Shown piece by piece: positions 19,610 through 28,867 of a DNA stretch of 64,000 nt (within the stretch, counting starts at the first letter, position 1; every line of letters begins with the position of its first letter). This DNA comes from a virus, in the UHGV virus genome UHGV-1373362, one strand, 5' to 3'. The position numbers were made by a program, and so were the translations under genes. Under the pieces are notes generated by a model, which was given only the letters and a program-made list of their open reading frames with translations, was not told the origin of the DNA and searched no databases.

Positions 19610-20341
19610 ATGAATGTATTAGTTATACCAGTACAATCTGTTAGTGATGTAATTACTAATAGTTCCTCTGAGGTTTTTATCTTAGACACAGGAAAGACAT
19701 GTGAGGAAGTTAATAATGTCCTCAAAGGATTTACTTCAGGATTTAGATATCCAGAAGTCTTCTCGTTAAAAGATTACCGGGAATGGAGAAAGAAACTCCG
19801 CAGTGGTGAACTTGAAGAAAGCTGGGATTATCCTGGAACTATATTTGATATAGCCGATGGGTGGTTTAGGGATCCGGAAAATGAGGAAGATGTTTTAGAA
19901 TTGAGAATAGACTTCCTATTTGACCCATTTGAGACCCATGACTATGGTGATGGTTTTATAGCCCATAGCTACAGTAGTAGGTATAAGGAGCCTATTCAGG
20001 ATGCCTTTATTGATTTTCTAAATGACAACTGGGACAGAGTTGGTGAAGCTATAAATCGTGTCCTTGGTGAAGTAGATGAGGATGAAACAGATAACATTGA
20101 CTGGGGGACTCTACGTAAATATAACCACTGGTTTGAGGATGCTCTGCAGGATATTTCTAAGGAATTCTTAAAGAACTACAACGGACCTAAACCTACAGTG
20201 TGGGAGGTTAGTAAAAATGAGGATGTGAGAAGGCTAGATGGTAAGATATTGGTTGTAAGTAACGATGATAACAGTATCCCTTATGATACTTGGGATAAGA
20301 TTAATAGTTTATTTAATGGTTGGAATGTGCATTTAGGATGA
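19610..20341 (+). CDS. member A of a 4-gene paralog family with conserved N-terminal motif
   Basis: N-terminus MNVLVIPVQSVSDVITNSSSEVFILDTG; shared motif (I/L)xxQSxSD(V/I)(I/V)TNSS(S/M)E(V/T/I)(F/Y). Acidic, variable C-terminal body. Confidence 0.55.
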   Translation: MNVLVIPVQSVSDVITNSSSEVFILDTGKTCEEVNNVLKGFTSGFRYPEVFSLKDYREWRKKLRSGELEESWDYPGTIFDIADGWFRDPENEEDVLELRIDFLFDPFETHDYGDGFIAHSYSSRYKEPIQDAFIDFLNDNWDRVGEAINRVLGEVDEDETDNIDWGTLRKYNHWFEDALQDISKEFLKNYNGPKPTVWEVSKNEDVRRLDGKILVVSNDDNSIPYDTWDKINSLFNGWNVHLG

Positions 20342-20841
20342 TATTTAAACTGCAATCTTTAAACGATGTAGTAACTAACAGTAGTATGGAAGTCTATCAA
20401 GAGGCTACACAATACACTGTTGATGCTATAAAAGATATTATTAATGTAATTTTAAAGATTAGTGGTTCAGATAAGTCCTGTGACGACTTATTCACCGTTA
20501 GTATTAACTATGAGGATATGCTTGAGTCATATTTCGAAGACATCCTTGATAAGTCCGATATTGATGAGGAATATCTAGGTATGATTGAAGAAATCAGAAG
20601 TCGTAAAGATGACTCTGGACGGTTTATCAGTGATTCTGAAGCATATGCTGAATTAGTTAAGACTGGTTTAGTGGGTGATGTAGTACCTACCATTGAGGAA
20701 TATGTTAGGAACTTTGATAGTGATTGGAGATATCCAACTACTGAGGTGTCTATAATTCCTAAGGGTGAAGCAGAGCGTTCTGACATTGCCATACTAAACA
20801 AAATAAATGACTTATTCTGTGTCGAAGCGTGCTACAACTAA
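20338..20841 (+). CDS. paralog B of the conserved-N-terminus family
   Basis: MIFKLQSLNDVVTNSSMEVYQEAT; ATG at 20338 overlaps the upstream TGA (ATGA). Confidence 0.5.
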   Translation: MIFKLQSLNDVVTNSSMEVYQEATQYTVDAIKDIINVILKISGSDKSCDDLFTVSINYEDMLESYFEDILDKSDIDEEYLGMIEEIRSRKDDSGRFISDSEAYAELVKTGLVGDVVPTIEEYVRNFDSDWRYPTTEVSIIPKGEAERSDIAILNKINDLFCVEACYN

Positions 20842-21271
20842 GTACTACTTAATACCAATTCAGTCATTCTCCGACATTATAACTAATAGTTCTTCTGAAA
20901 CTTATATCGTTGATACTTCCTATACTGCCAAAGCACTAGAAGAGGTATTAGAGGGAATACACAAGAAATATGAGGGCGAAGAGTTCTATTCTGGAGAATG
21001 CTGTGGTATTGAAGTAAGCGATTATAAGGAATATTGTAGAGAAGCCTATATGTGGGAAGAATGTGATGAGAATGGAACTCCATTTACATCTAAGGAAGAC
21101 TATATAGCATGGGTGTTCGAAGTTCCTTTAAGTATTGCTAAAGAGTGTCTAGTTGTTAGGGTTGATTATGGCTATAGCTATGTAGATGAATTTTTAAATA
21201 AGAATTTCAAATGTATAGCATCTGACCATGAAAGAATTAAAGTCCCAGACGGGTGTATTATTAAGTATTAA
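20807..21271 (+). CDS. paralog C of the conserved-N-terminus family
   Basis: ...YYLIPIQSFSDIITNSSSETYIVDTSYT; overlaps B by 35 nt. Confidence 0.5.
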   Translation: MTYSVSKRATTKYYLIPIQSFSDIITNSSSETYIVDTSYTAKALEEVLEGIHKKYEGEEFYSGECCGIEVSDYKEYCREAYMWEECDENGTPFTSKEDYIAWVFEVPLSIAKECLVVRVDYGYSYVDEFLNKNFKCIASDHERIKVPDGCIIKY

Positions 21272-21545
21272 TATCCAGTCATTCTCTGATGTAATTACTA
21301 ATAGCTCTTCGGAGATATTCTGTACTATTACAGGAGACGATTTGGATGCTATTTACCAGCTTTTAAAACCACTATTCCCATCAGTGTATGGTTATTCCGA
21401 TATGGAACCTACACTACATATGGAAGGTAATGTTGTAACATTATGGCTTCCTTATGGCGAAGCACCAACAGAGTTCTATAAAGCAGGTCTAGAAGCAATA
21501 CTTGATAAGCACTTTAAAGATAATTATATAATAGAGTACGAATGA
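21228..21545 (+). CDS. paralog D of the conserved-N-terminus family
   Basis: ...LLSINIQSFSDVITNSSSEIFCTITG; overlaps C by 44 nt; stop overlaps the radical-SAM start. Confidence 0.5.
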   Translation: MKELKSQTGVLLSINIQSFSDVITNSSSEIFCTITGDDLDAIYQLLKPLFPSVYGYSDMEPTLHMEGNVVTLWLPYGEAPTEFYKAGLEAILDKHFKDNYIIEYE

Positions 21546-22465
21546 AAGATTGGACAAGCTGGGGAACTAAGGTAAGAGAGTTTCCTGCATACAATTATAA
21601 GGCTATATGGGGTAATCTAAAGACTATTCGAGTAGGTACTGGAGTAGCTAAGGAGTTACCTCCTGATATGGCTGAATTTTATGATGTTGGTATTAATACT
21701 GTATGTAATGCTGAATGTGATTTCTGTTATGTATCAGCAGGACATGGTGGTATTAACTATCCTGACATATGTGAAACATGGGAGAAATGGATGCACATAT
21801 ATGAATCTAAAATGGAAGATGGCGTATTATATACTAGTAAGCCATTTCAGATTGCTATTGGTTCAACTGGTGAACCTACTATGCATCCAGACTTCTGTAA
21901 GTTCCTCGAAACAGTATATAATACTGGAGTAGTACCTAATTACACCACTAATGGTCTTATATTAGCTAGAGACAATGTTAAGGGAGGAGAAATCCTTGCC
22001 TATACTAAGGAATATGTTGGTGGAGTTGCAGTTAGCTTGGGTAATCCAAGTATCAGACTCCAAGCACATAGAGCTATTAATAAGCTATTAACGTGGGGTA
22101 ATACTAATGTAAATGTTCATCATATTATATCTGATAAAGTATCTGTAGATGAATTCTATGATACTGTACTTAGGTATGGTAATAGCATTTACTATCATGT
22201 ATTGTTGCCTTTAATGCCTTCTGGAAGAAGTAGTAAGGGTATTGAGCCTGGTGTGTTTGAATATTTAGAGGATGTAATTCAAGAACATGATATAAAGAAT
22301 GCAGCGTTTGGTGCACACTTTGTAGAATACTTGAAAACCTCTAAGATCAAGACACATCTCTATCCACCTGAATCGTTAAGTAAGAATGTTATTCTTACTA
22401 AGGATAAGGTACAAATTACTCCAAGTTCCTTCAATCTTAATCCTATAATGACTATTAATTTATGA
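21542..22465 (+). CDS. radical-SAM enzyme
   Basis: CNAECDFCY gives the CxxxCxxC [4Fe-4S]/SAM cluster motif; GSTGEPTMHPDF is a GGEP-like SAM-binding motif. About 300 aa. Confidence 0.7.
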   Translation: MKDWTSWGTKVREFPAYNYKAIWGNLKTIRVGTGVAKELPPDMAEFYDVGINTVCNAECDFCYVSAGHGGINYPDICETWEKWMHIYESKMEDGVLYTSKPFQIAIGSTGEPTMHPDFCKFLETVYNTGVVPNYTTNGLILARDNVKGGEILAYTKEYVGGVAVSLGNPSIRLQAHRAINKLLTWGNTNVNVHHIISDKVSVDEFYDTVLRYGNSIYYHVLLPLMPSGRSSKGIEPGVFEYLEDVIQEHDIKNAAFGAHFVEYLKTSKIKTHLYPPESLSKNVILTKDKVQITPSSFNLNPIMTINL

Positions 22466-22896
22466 GTCTACCTATTGATTGGGAACTATTAGGGTATGTG
22501 AAAGGGTTATTTTCATTTAGTACAGATAGAATACAATCCATCTCTAGGGAGGATGGTAAGCTATTTATTGCTACTGACGATGATAGACGCTTTATACTGA
22601 AACTAGTCGAAATTGGTCCAGTTATGGAGAAGTTTAATAATAATATAGGTGAGCATCAAACACTCTTCTATATTAATCCAGAAACTAAAGAACTAGTGTT
22701 TAGGAGTAAGACTGCATATGAATCAGAGAAAGAAGCTATTCATGCTGCTATGGTTATTAATGTGCAGGATAAAACTATTCATAAAAGACAGGCTTATAAG
22801 TGTAGCGTGTGTCATAAGTGGCACGTAGGTAGAGGGAAAACCATACTCACAGATGAAGACAAAAGGAAACTTAAAATTAAGCATAACATTCAATGA
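22462..22896 (+). CDS. hypothetical protein
   Basis: ATGA overlap; C-terminal CSVCHKWH. Confidence 0.4.
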   Translation: MSLPIDWELLGYVKGLFSFSTDRIQSISREDGKLFIATDDDRRFILKLVEIGPVMEKFNNNIGEHQTLFYINPETKELVFRSKTAYESEKEAIHAAMVINVQDKTIHKRQAYKCSVCHKWHVGRGKTILTDEDKRKLKIKHNIQ

Positions 22897-23111
22897 CAAC
22901 TTATCTACTCCCTTGTTGCGGGAATAGTCATTGCTGGATTGAGAAAGTACGTGCTAGGAATTTCTCCGATGCTCAGCAGAAGTTTATTAATGCTTTCACA
23001 GAAGATTACGAGGATATTGATATTCCTTCTGATTGGGAGGATTTAATCAAGATTCTAAACACTCAAGCAGATATAATAATTGGTGATATATATGATATAG
23101 AGGAGTTCTAG
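22893..23111 (+). CDS. small acidic protein
   Basis: ORF only. Confidence 0.3.
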   Translation: MTTYLLPCCGNSHCWIEKVRARNFSDAQQKFINAFTEDYEDIDIPSDWEDLIKILNTQADIIIGDIYDIEEF

Positions 23112-23131
23112 TCATATACAATAAGTAAAAC

Positions 23132-23632
23132 ATGAGAATTGGACTAGATATAGACGATTGCTTGGCAGACTTTTGGGGGGCATATTGCAAATATTTTGAT
23201 GTAAAGAACAACCCTAAAATGCTTCAAGACCACATTATTACGCGTAATGTTCAACAAGTATTAAGCAAGGACAGGGACTTCTGGTTACAACTAGAAGTAA
23301 TTAATTTTCCAGACTTTATTCCAGAACTATATTGTACTAAAAGAGTCAATAATAAGGCATGGACTAGAGAATGGTTAAGAATAAATGGATTCCCTGACCG
23401 ACCTATATACCAAATGGTTTATCAGCATGGAAACAAAGCTGACATGATCAGAGGTAGAGTTGATGTATTCATCGACGATTCACTTAGCAATGTTTTAAAA
23501 TGTAATAAGTCTGGGGTTCCAGCCTTACTGTATCATACAGAGAGGACTAAGGACTTCCCAATGTATAAGGTATATTCTCTCGATAAAGATAGTATATTAG
23601 AGGCATACACGTTTATGCGTCAGTATGCATAA
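23132..23632 (+). CDS. 5'(3')-deoxyribonucleotidase (HAD, NT5C-like)
   Basis: MRIGLDIDDCLADF matches the NT5C motif I (DxDxV/LADF); a second aspartate motif VDVFIDDS lies near the C-terminus. Confidence 0.65.
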   Translation: MRIGLDIDDCLADFWGAYCKYFDVKNNPKMLQDHIITRNVQQVLSKDRDFWLQLEVINFPDFIPELYCTKRVNNKAWTREWLRINGFPDRPIYQMVYQHGNKADMIRGRVDVFIDDSLSNVLKCNKSGVPALLYHTERTKDFPMYKVYSLDKDSILEAYTFMRQYA

Positions 23633-24665
23633 GAATATAAGGCTTATCCCATTATTTGACACTGTTCAGTTTATCAGAATGAGTGATGAAGAGTACTTTA
23701 GTAGTAAGTGGAGTGGATATATTAGCAATTCTCTACTATCACTAATAAACCCCGAACAGGGAGGTTCTCCTAAGATGTATGAAGAGGGTTTAAGGGAGCA
23801 TTCTAAGTACTCAGATTCTCTTATATTTGGTAGTGCAGTTCACGAGTTGGTACTACAACCTGATGACTTTATATTAGTTGACAATGTTAACAGGCCTACT
23901 GCTAAAATGGGGGCTATGGCAGATGAGTTATATAAGGCGTTCCTTAATGATGGAGTATCTGACAAAGATATTATAGCTGCATCTGACAAAGTCGATTACT
24001 ATAAAGGTAAGATGGATGAGACTAAGATTGAGAACGTTAGAGATAAATGCATGAACTATTGGCAAGATAGACAAGATTGGGAATCCAGACATGCTACTTC
24101 CAATAAGGAACCAATTTATCTTGACCCTAAGTCTAGGGAGAAATTACAGCTCTGCTTATCTGCAATTGAAGCAAATAAGGAGTTACAAGGACTACTACAT
24201 CCAGAGGGAGTATTCAGTACTCCTATTGTTATTAACGAGGGTGCTCTATTTATGGATGTTAAAGCCGAGGATGGAAATAATGAAACTATCCTTAAATTAA
24301 AGGGTAAGTTGGATAACTTTACCATAGATACTGATACTAATGAAGTAGTTCTTAATGACTTAAAGACTACTGGTCATTGGTTATGTAATTTTAACGACTC
24401 ATTTGAGAAGTATCACTATGCAAGACAAATGGCTATGTATAGTTTCATGCTTCAGTCTTATGTAAAGACTAAGTTTGGAATTGATGATTTTAGCCAGTCC
24501 GTGAATATGTTATTGTCATGTACCGTTCCAGATTATAGATCTGGAATATTCAAAGTGACTAATAAGCAAATTCACAGAGGACTCTTAGAGTTTAAAGACT
24601 TGCTACAACGTGTTGCTTATTTTACTATGTATGGATCTAATGGAAGCATGGAATCCAACGTATGA
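23625..24665 (+). CDS. putative PD-(D/E)xK-family exonuclease
   Basis: The ...IDTDTNEVVLNDLKTTG pattern (D...(D/E)-x-K) resembles RecB/YqaJ-type nucleases. Weak call. Confidence 0.4.
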   Translation: MHKNIRLIPLFDTVQFIRMSDEEYFSSKWSGYISNSLLSLINPEQGGSPKMYEEGLREHSKYSDSLIFGSAVHELVLQPDDFILVDNVNRPTAKMGAMADELYKAFLNDGVSDKDIIAASDKVDYYKGKMDETKIENVRDKCMNYWQDRQDWESRHATSNKEPIYLDPKSREKLQLCLSAIEANKELQGLLHPEGVFSTPIVINEGALFMDVKAEDGNNETILKLKGKLDNFTIDTDTNEVVLNDLKTTGHWLCNFNDSFEKYHYARQMAMYSFMLQSYVKTKFGIDDFSQSVNMLLSCTVPDYRSGIFKVTNKQIHRGLLEFKDLLQRVAYFTMYGSNGSMESNV

Positions 24666-24990
24666 CGAGTTAGAGGATTATTATAGTAAGTATTTTAGCC
24701 TAGGACATTTATCATGTGATATTGGGAGCAAGTTTGCTCTTGTATCTCTGATATGTTTCCTTACTAAACAAGCTAGAGTTAAAAACCCGGATGCAACCTG
24801 TTACCAAGTAATAATGAAAATTATTGACGGAGAGGAATCTTCACATGATATGACTTTTATAAGAGGTTTATCTATAGTCTGTACAGACATAATGAAGAAT
24901 TGCAACGAATACCTAACATTTGACATGAAATCCTCTAAAGAGATGGTTAAGAAGATCAAAGATATTTTACATACCTGGTTACCATTTTGA
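24631..24990 (+). CDS. hypothetical protein
   Basis: The track start at 24610 is GTG; the first ATG is at 24631. Confidence 0.4.
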   Translation: MDLMEAWNPTYDELEDYYSKYFSLGHLSCDIGSKFALVSLICFLTKQARVKNPDATCYQVIMKIIDGEESSHDMTFIRGLSIVCTDIMKNCNEYLTFDMKSSKEMVKKIKDILHTWLPF

Positions 24991-24991
24991 T

Positions 24992-25204
24992 ATGACAAGA
25001 CAAGAAGCTAATAAGGAAATTTTGGAAATATTAGGTAGGATGGCTGAAATGTATCCTGATCTAAGATTTCAGCAGGTGCTCTACATATCAGAAGTTAGTA
25101 ATTATGGAGGTGAGGATAAATTTTATGAAGAAAGTGAATCAACCTTGGACTTGCTTAAATATGCACTAAGGCACAGACCCGATCTAATAGGTTCGGATAG
25201 ATAA
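24992..25204 (+). CDS. hypothetical small protein
   Basis: ORF only. Confidence 0.35.
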   Translation: MTRQEANKEILEILGRMAEMYPDLRFQQVLYISEVSNYGGEDKFYEESESTLDLLKYALRHRPDLIGSDR

Positions 25205-25235
25205 TAAATTTTTAACATTTATTTACTATAGCCTC

Positions 25236-25268
25236 ACTTGTCTACCTCACCAGAATATAGTATCTTTG
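25236..25268 (+). promoter_or_regulatory. Bacteroidota-type promoter, copy 1
   Basis: cacTTG, 20-nt spacer, TATCTTTG at 25261-68. Confidence 0.45.
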
Positions 25269-25335
25269 TATCACTTTCCTGCAAGGGAAACACGTAGATT
25301 AAAATCATAATTTTAGATTATTTAATACTAGAACT

Positions 25336-25368
25336 ACTTGGCGAAATAAAACTAATGTAGTATCTTTG
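25336..25368 (+). promoter_or_regulatory. Bacteroidota-type promoter, copy 2
   Basis: tacTTG, 20-nt spacer, TATCTTTG at 25361-68, exactly 100 nt downstream of copy 1. Shared core tagtatctttgtatca. Confidence 0.45.
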
Positions 25369-25405
25369 TATCATCAAACTAAAGAGATATAATACGTATG
25401 AAATA

Positions 25406-25960
25406 ATGTTTAAATTTGATTTTATTATGCAAGCAATGAATTTTAAGAGAGTAGAAGTAAAAGGTTTTACTAAACAAGAAGCTATCGATCAAGCACCTTT
25501 CCAAGTTATCCGTGATGCAACTCAGGCATGGAAAACAGCAGGTAAACCTGTAACAGAAAAGTCACTAAAAGAGTTCTGTGCAGATTATTTGTCTAAACAT
25601 ACTAAGTTTGCAGCTGGTATTGGATGTTCAATCACTATTGAGGCTGGTTCTGCCGATACAAGACAGAGACCATACACCATTATCGACATTAAGAACGAGA
25701 AGGGTAAACGTAAGTATAAAACTGGCTATCAAGGATTAAATCCTGCAACCGGAGAAGTCTTGTTTACTAATTTTGAGACTAAGACTAAAGCTAAAGAGGT
25801 AGCTAAGGAACTTTACACTAAGAAAGATTATAAGGGCGACGTATTCTGCAAGTACATCAAAGATGTAGTTGAGGGTGAGGTTGGCGCATTTGAAGTTAAG
25901 TACACTCCATCTAAGAGTGCTAATCAAGGAACTTATATCTGCTTTGGAGTTGAGGCTTAA
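25406..25960 (+). CDS. hypothetical protein, probably highly expressed
   Basis: Monocistronic unit: two promoter-like boxes upstream and a strong terminator downstream. Confidence 0.5.
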   Translation: MFKFDFIMQAMNFKRVEVKGFTKQEAIDQAPFQVIRDATQAWKTAGKPVTEKSLKEFCADYLSKHTKFAAGIGCSITIEAGSADTRQRPYTIIDIKNEKGKRKYKTGYQGLNPATGEVLFTNFETKTKAKEVAKELYTKKDYKGDVFCKYIKDVVEGEVGAFEVKYTPSKSANQGTYICFGVEA

Positions 25961-25993
25961 TTGGTAAAATAGCTTCTACAACTTTAAATATCA

Positions 25994-26036
25994 AAGGGAT
26001 TATCTTATGTGAATAAGGTAGTCCCTTATTTTTTTG
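25994..26036 (+). terminator. rho-independent terminator
   Basis: aaggga-(22 nt)-tccctt hairpin followed by a T8 run. Confidence 0.55.
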
Positions 26037-26107
26037 TATAAGATTAACTAAACTATAGAGATGTATTTTGTAAAGGCGTAACTGCTTATAAATTTAAAAC
26101 ATCACTC

Positions 26108-27664
26108 ATGAGAGAGCAAACAGTTATTAGACTCATTCATCACTTAAAATCAATTATAGATCGAGGTATATCTAAGAATGCATATGCAAACAATAGTGGA
26201 TTACCAACTAGTTATTTCTGGCAAAAGAAGAAACAATTAGAAATTGAAGGGGTTCCTTCTAACCCTTCTTTGTGTGAAGAAGCATTAGATCTTTATAATA
26301 CTATTGAATATAGAGGAAGAGCAGGGTCTTCTAAGAAAGAAGTACGAGCACCGGAAGATTCAACAGAGAGAACTGAGATTAAGATTGAGAGGAATGACGA
26401 CAATAAAATTACTGGGTATTCCTTTAAGGTTTATATTAGAGATAAACAACCCTTAATAGGTAATTTATCTAGGGATGAAATGCAATTGATCCATAGAATG
26501 TATTCTAACTATGGTAGTTCAATTACCCAAAAGGAAATATCTAGATTCTTCCCAGAATACTCTTTAGAGGACTTTAAACGTATTCTAAGGGCATTCTCAA
26601 TTACTAAAGCGTCTTCTCCATTTGCGCCTCATATTATTGAGGAAAATAGTAAGGAAGAACTATTGGAAATGCAATTTAGGGAGAAGGAAAATGATTTCCT
26701 AAGAAGTTATGAGGCTGAGAAAGTTAAGCAAACAGAAGCCCAACTAAGGAAATACATGAAAGAAAATCAAGACCTTAAAGATCAGCTCAGAAATTTTTCT
26801 GTGCTAGTAGAAGGCATTGATGTGTCAGGTCTATCCAAATTCATTCCAGCTACGAATGTAAAGGAAGATAGAGACCTGATTATTTGGTTATCAGATATGC
26901 ATGTAGGAGCGTCTGTGTCTGGATACTCCATTTATGCTAATGAGTATGATAAGGATGAGATAGAAAACAGACTTCAAACACTGGCTCAACAGATTACAAG
27001 AGAGGCTCTCACATTTGGTAGCTTCAGTAATGTGATTGTATGTAATTTGGGAGATTCCCTAGACGGTTATGATGGACAAACTACTAGGGGAGGACATCAA
27101 TTAGCTCAAAACATGAACAATAAAGATCAATTAAAATGCTTTATTGAAGTAATGACTAAGTTTATGACTACATTGGCGGAGGAAGTGCCATGTGGCAGTT
27201 TAAGTTATTACTGTGTTGGTGAGTCTAACCATGATGGAGATTTTGGATACTCTGCTAATATTGCATTACAGTATATATTACAGAGCATGAATATAGAGGC
27301 CACTATATTTGATAAGTTTATTGGTGAATTTGTACTAGGAGGTACCACATACATTCTATGTCATGGTAAAGATAATAAGGACATGTTTAAGAACCTACCT
27401 CTTACGTTAGATGTTAAAACTGAAAACTTTATCAATGAATACTTAGATAATAGGGGTATAAAAGGCAATGTAGTTTTCGCTAAGGGTGATTTGCACCAAT
27501 CAGCTACTACCTACGGTAGAAGATTCACGTATAAATCTGTAGGTTCATTGTTTGGAAGCTCTGAATGGATTCACAAGAATTTTGGAAATACTCCAGCTGC
27601 TTGTGACTATTCCATTGTAGATGTGAGTGGTAATATGTTGGATGGCAGAATAGTACTGCAATGA
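26108..27664 (+). CDS. calcineurin-like metallophosphoesterase with N-terminal extra domain
   Basis: C-terminal half carries LSDMHVG (D-x-H), NLGDSLDG (GDxxD), GESNHD (GNH[DE]), CHGKDN, GDLHQS. N-terminal ~250 aa has no recognised motif. Confidence 0.55.
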   Translation: MREQTVIRLIHHLKSIIDRGISKNAYANNSGLPTSYFWQKKKQLEIEGVPSNPSLCEEALDLYNTIEYRGRAGSSKKEVRAPEDSTERTEIKIERNDDNKITGYSFKVYIRDKQPLIGNLSRDEMQLIHRMYSNYGSSITQKEISRFFPEYSLEDFKRILRAFSITKASSPFAPHIIEENSKEELLEMQFREKENDFLRSYEAEKVKQTEAQLRKYMKENQDLKDQLRNFSVLVEGIDVSGLSKFIPATNVKEDRDLIIWLSDMHVGASVSGYSIYANEYDKDEIENRLQTLAQQITREALTFGSFSNVIVCNLGDSLDGYDGQTTRGGHQLAQNMNNKDQLKCFIEVMTKFMTTLAEEVPCGSLSYYCVGESNHDGDFGYSANIALQYILQSMNIEATIFDKFIGEFVLGGTTYILCHGKDNKDMFKNLPLTLDVKTENFINEYLDNRGIKGNVVFAKGDLHQSATTYGRRFTYKSVGSLFGSSEWIHKNFGNTPAACDYSIVDVSGNMLDGRIVLQ

Positions 27665-28506
27665 TTAATGAAATTAACAATGTAATTGGTTCTTATGAGA
27701 GCCTAAAGCAACAATATGAAGAAACCCTCAAACAGCTTGATAAGATTATGGCTGATAAAGAAGGGGTAAAATCAGAGATTATAGATACGTATAATAAAAT
27801 ACGTGAATACTGCCTTGCAGAAGAATTTATTTCAAAAGATCCAGTAGTAATTCCTACATACAGGGTTAAGAATCACAAACTTCAAGCTATCACCGATGTG
27901 ACTACCGAGTTTGTAAATAAGATTTATAACAAGGAGACAAACAAATTAAACATTTCAGACAGTAATGCTATCAAACTAAAAGCAAAGGCAACTCAATGTC
28001 CTAATATATCTATTAGAAATAATAGTTATTACTGGAAAAATGTTAGATTAGTTCCATGCGAAGACGGGTGGCAATCATTAAAGTGCAGTAAGGAATTTTT
28101 GGAATGGTTCCGACACTGTAAGATCAGATTCATAAACTTTGGCGATAGAGGGTTTATGTCTGGGGGTTCACTATCAGAAATCATTATAACTTTACTTAAA
28201 AGTATTCTTAGGAATAAGACCACTGAGGAATTAGAGGAAGCTATTAAGAAAAGTAAGAAGGCCAGGAATGGTACAGATTTAGGAGGTTTGAACAAAACCT
28301 TGGCTGCCATGAAAGAGCAGGGTATTACTACAGTCAAGGAAGCGCCGGTTATATTATCAAAGAATAGTAATGGAGCTAACGTTAGACTACTATGTGCTAT
28401 TCTTAAGTACTATAACCACAAAGACCTCTTGAAAAACATTAAGTTTTATAGGGAAGATACTCCAATAAAAAGTGAAGAGGAGGGTTATGAAAATGAGGAT
28501 ATTTGA
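27661..28506 (+). CDS. hypothetical protein with N-terminal coiled coil
   Basis: ATGA overlap with the upstream phosphoesterase gene. Confidence 0.4.
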   Translation: MINEINNVIGSYESLKQQYEETLKQLDKIMADKEGVKSEIIDTYNKIREYCLAEEFISKDPVVIPTYRVKNHKLQAITDVTTEFVNKIYNKETNKLNISDSNAIKLKAKATQCPNISIRNNSYYWKNVRLVPCEDGWQSLKCSKEFLEWFRHCKIRFINFGDRGFMSGGSLSEIIITLLKSILRNKTTEELEEAIKKSKKARNGTDLGGLNKTLAAMKEQGITTVKEAPVILSKNSNGANVRLLCAILKYYNHKDLLKNIKFYREDTPIKSEEEGYENEDI

Positions 28507-28867
28507 TGAGTTATTAAAGCAAACGTTAGACCTTCATGATTTAGAGGGGTTAAGAGATTTAGCTAGGATATTCGAGGATCTGTTCGAAAAGATCGATATG
28601 GATCCAAGTGAATATGACTGGGAGATGTTCGGTCTGGAAGAATTACAAGACCCAGAGGCTGTAAGAATATTCTGTTTAGGTAACTTAATGTATGCAGCTC
28701 AGGATGCAGGTATTATTCCAAGTTTTGTTGATCTAGATGATTTTGACTTTTCTTGTGATGCCATATTTAGGAATATAGAAGAATATTCTGATGTAGAAGC
28801 AGAAGATATTGTTAAAGGAATTGAGAGATTTAATGAACTTACTGGAGCAAATATAATGATTGAATAA
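28472..28867 (+). CDS. hypothetical acidic protein
   Basis: ORF only; start uncertain (alternative ATG at 28493). Confidence 0.35.
   Translation: MKRRVMKMRIFDELLKQTLDLHDLEGLRDLARIFEDLFEKIDMDPSEYDWEMFGLEELQDPEAVRIFCLGNLMYAAQDAGIIPSFVDLDDFDFSCDAIFRNIEEYSDVEAEDIVKGIERFNELTGANIMIE

Noticed and set aside
25205-25405. tRNA or small RNA in the 200-nt non-coding gap
   Set aside because: No tRNA-like conserved elements. The content is better explained by two duplicated promoter boxes.
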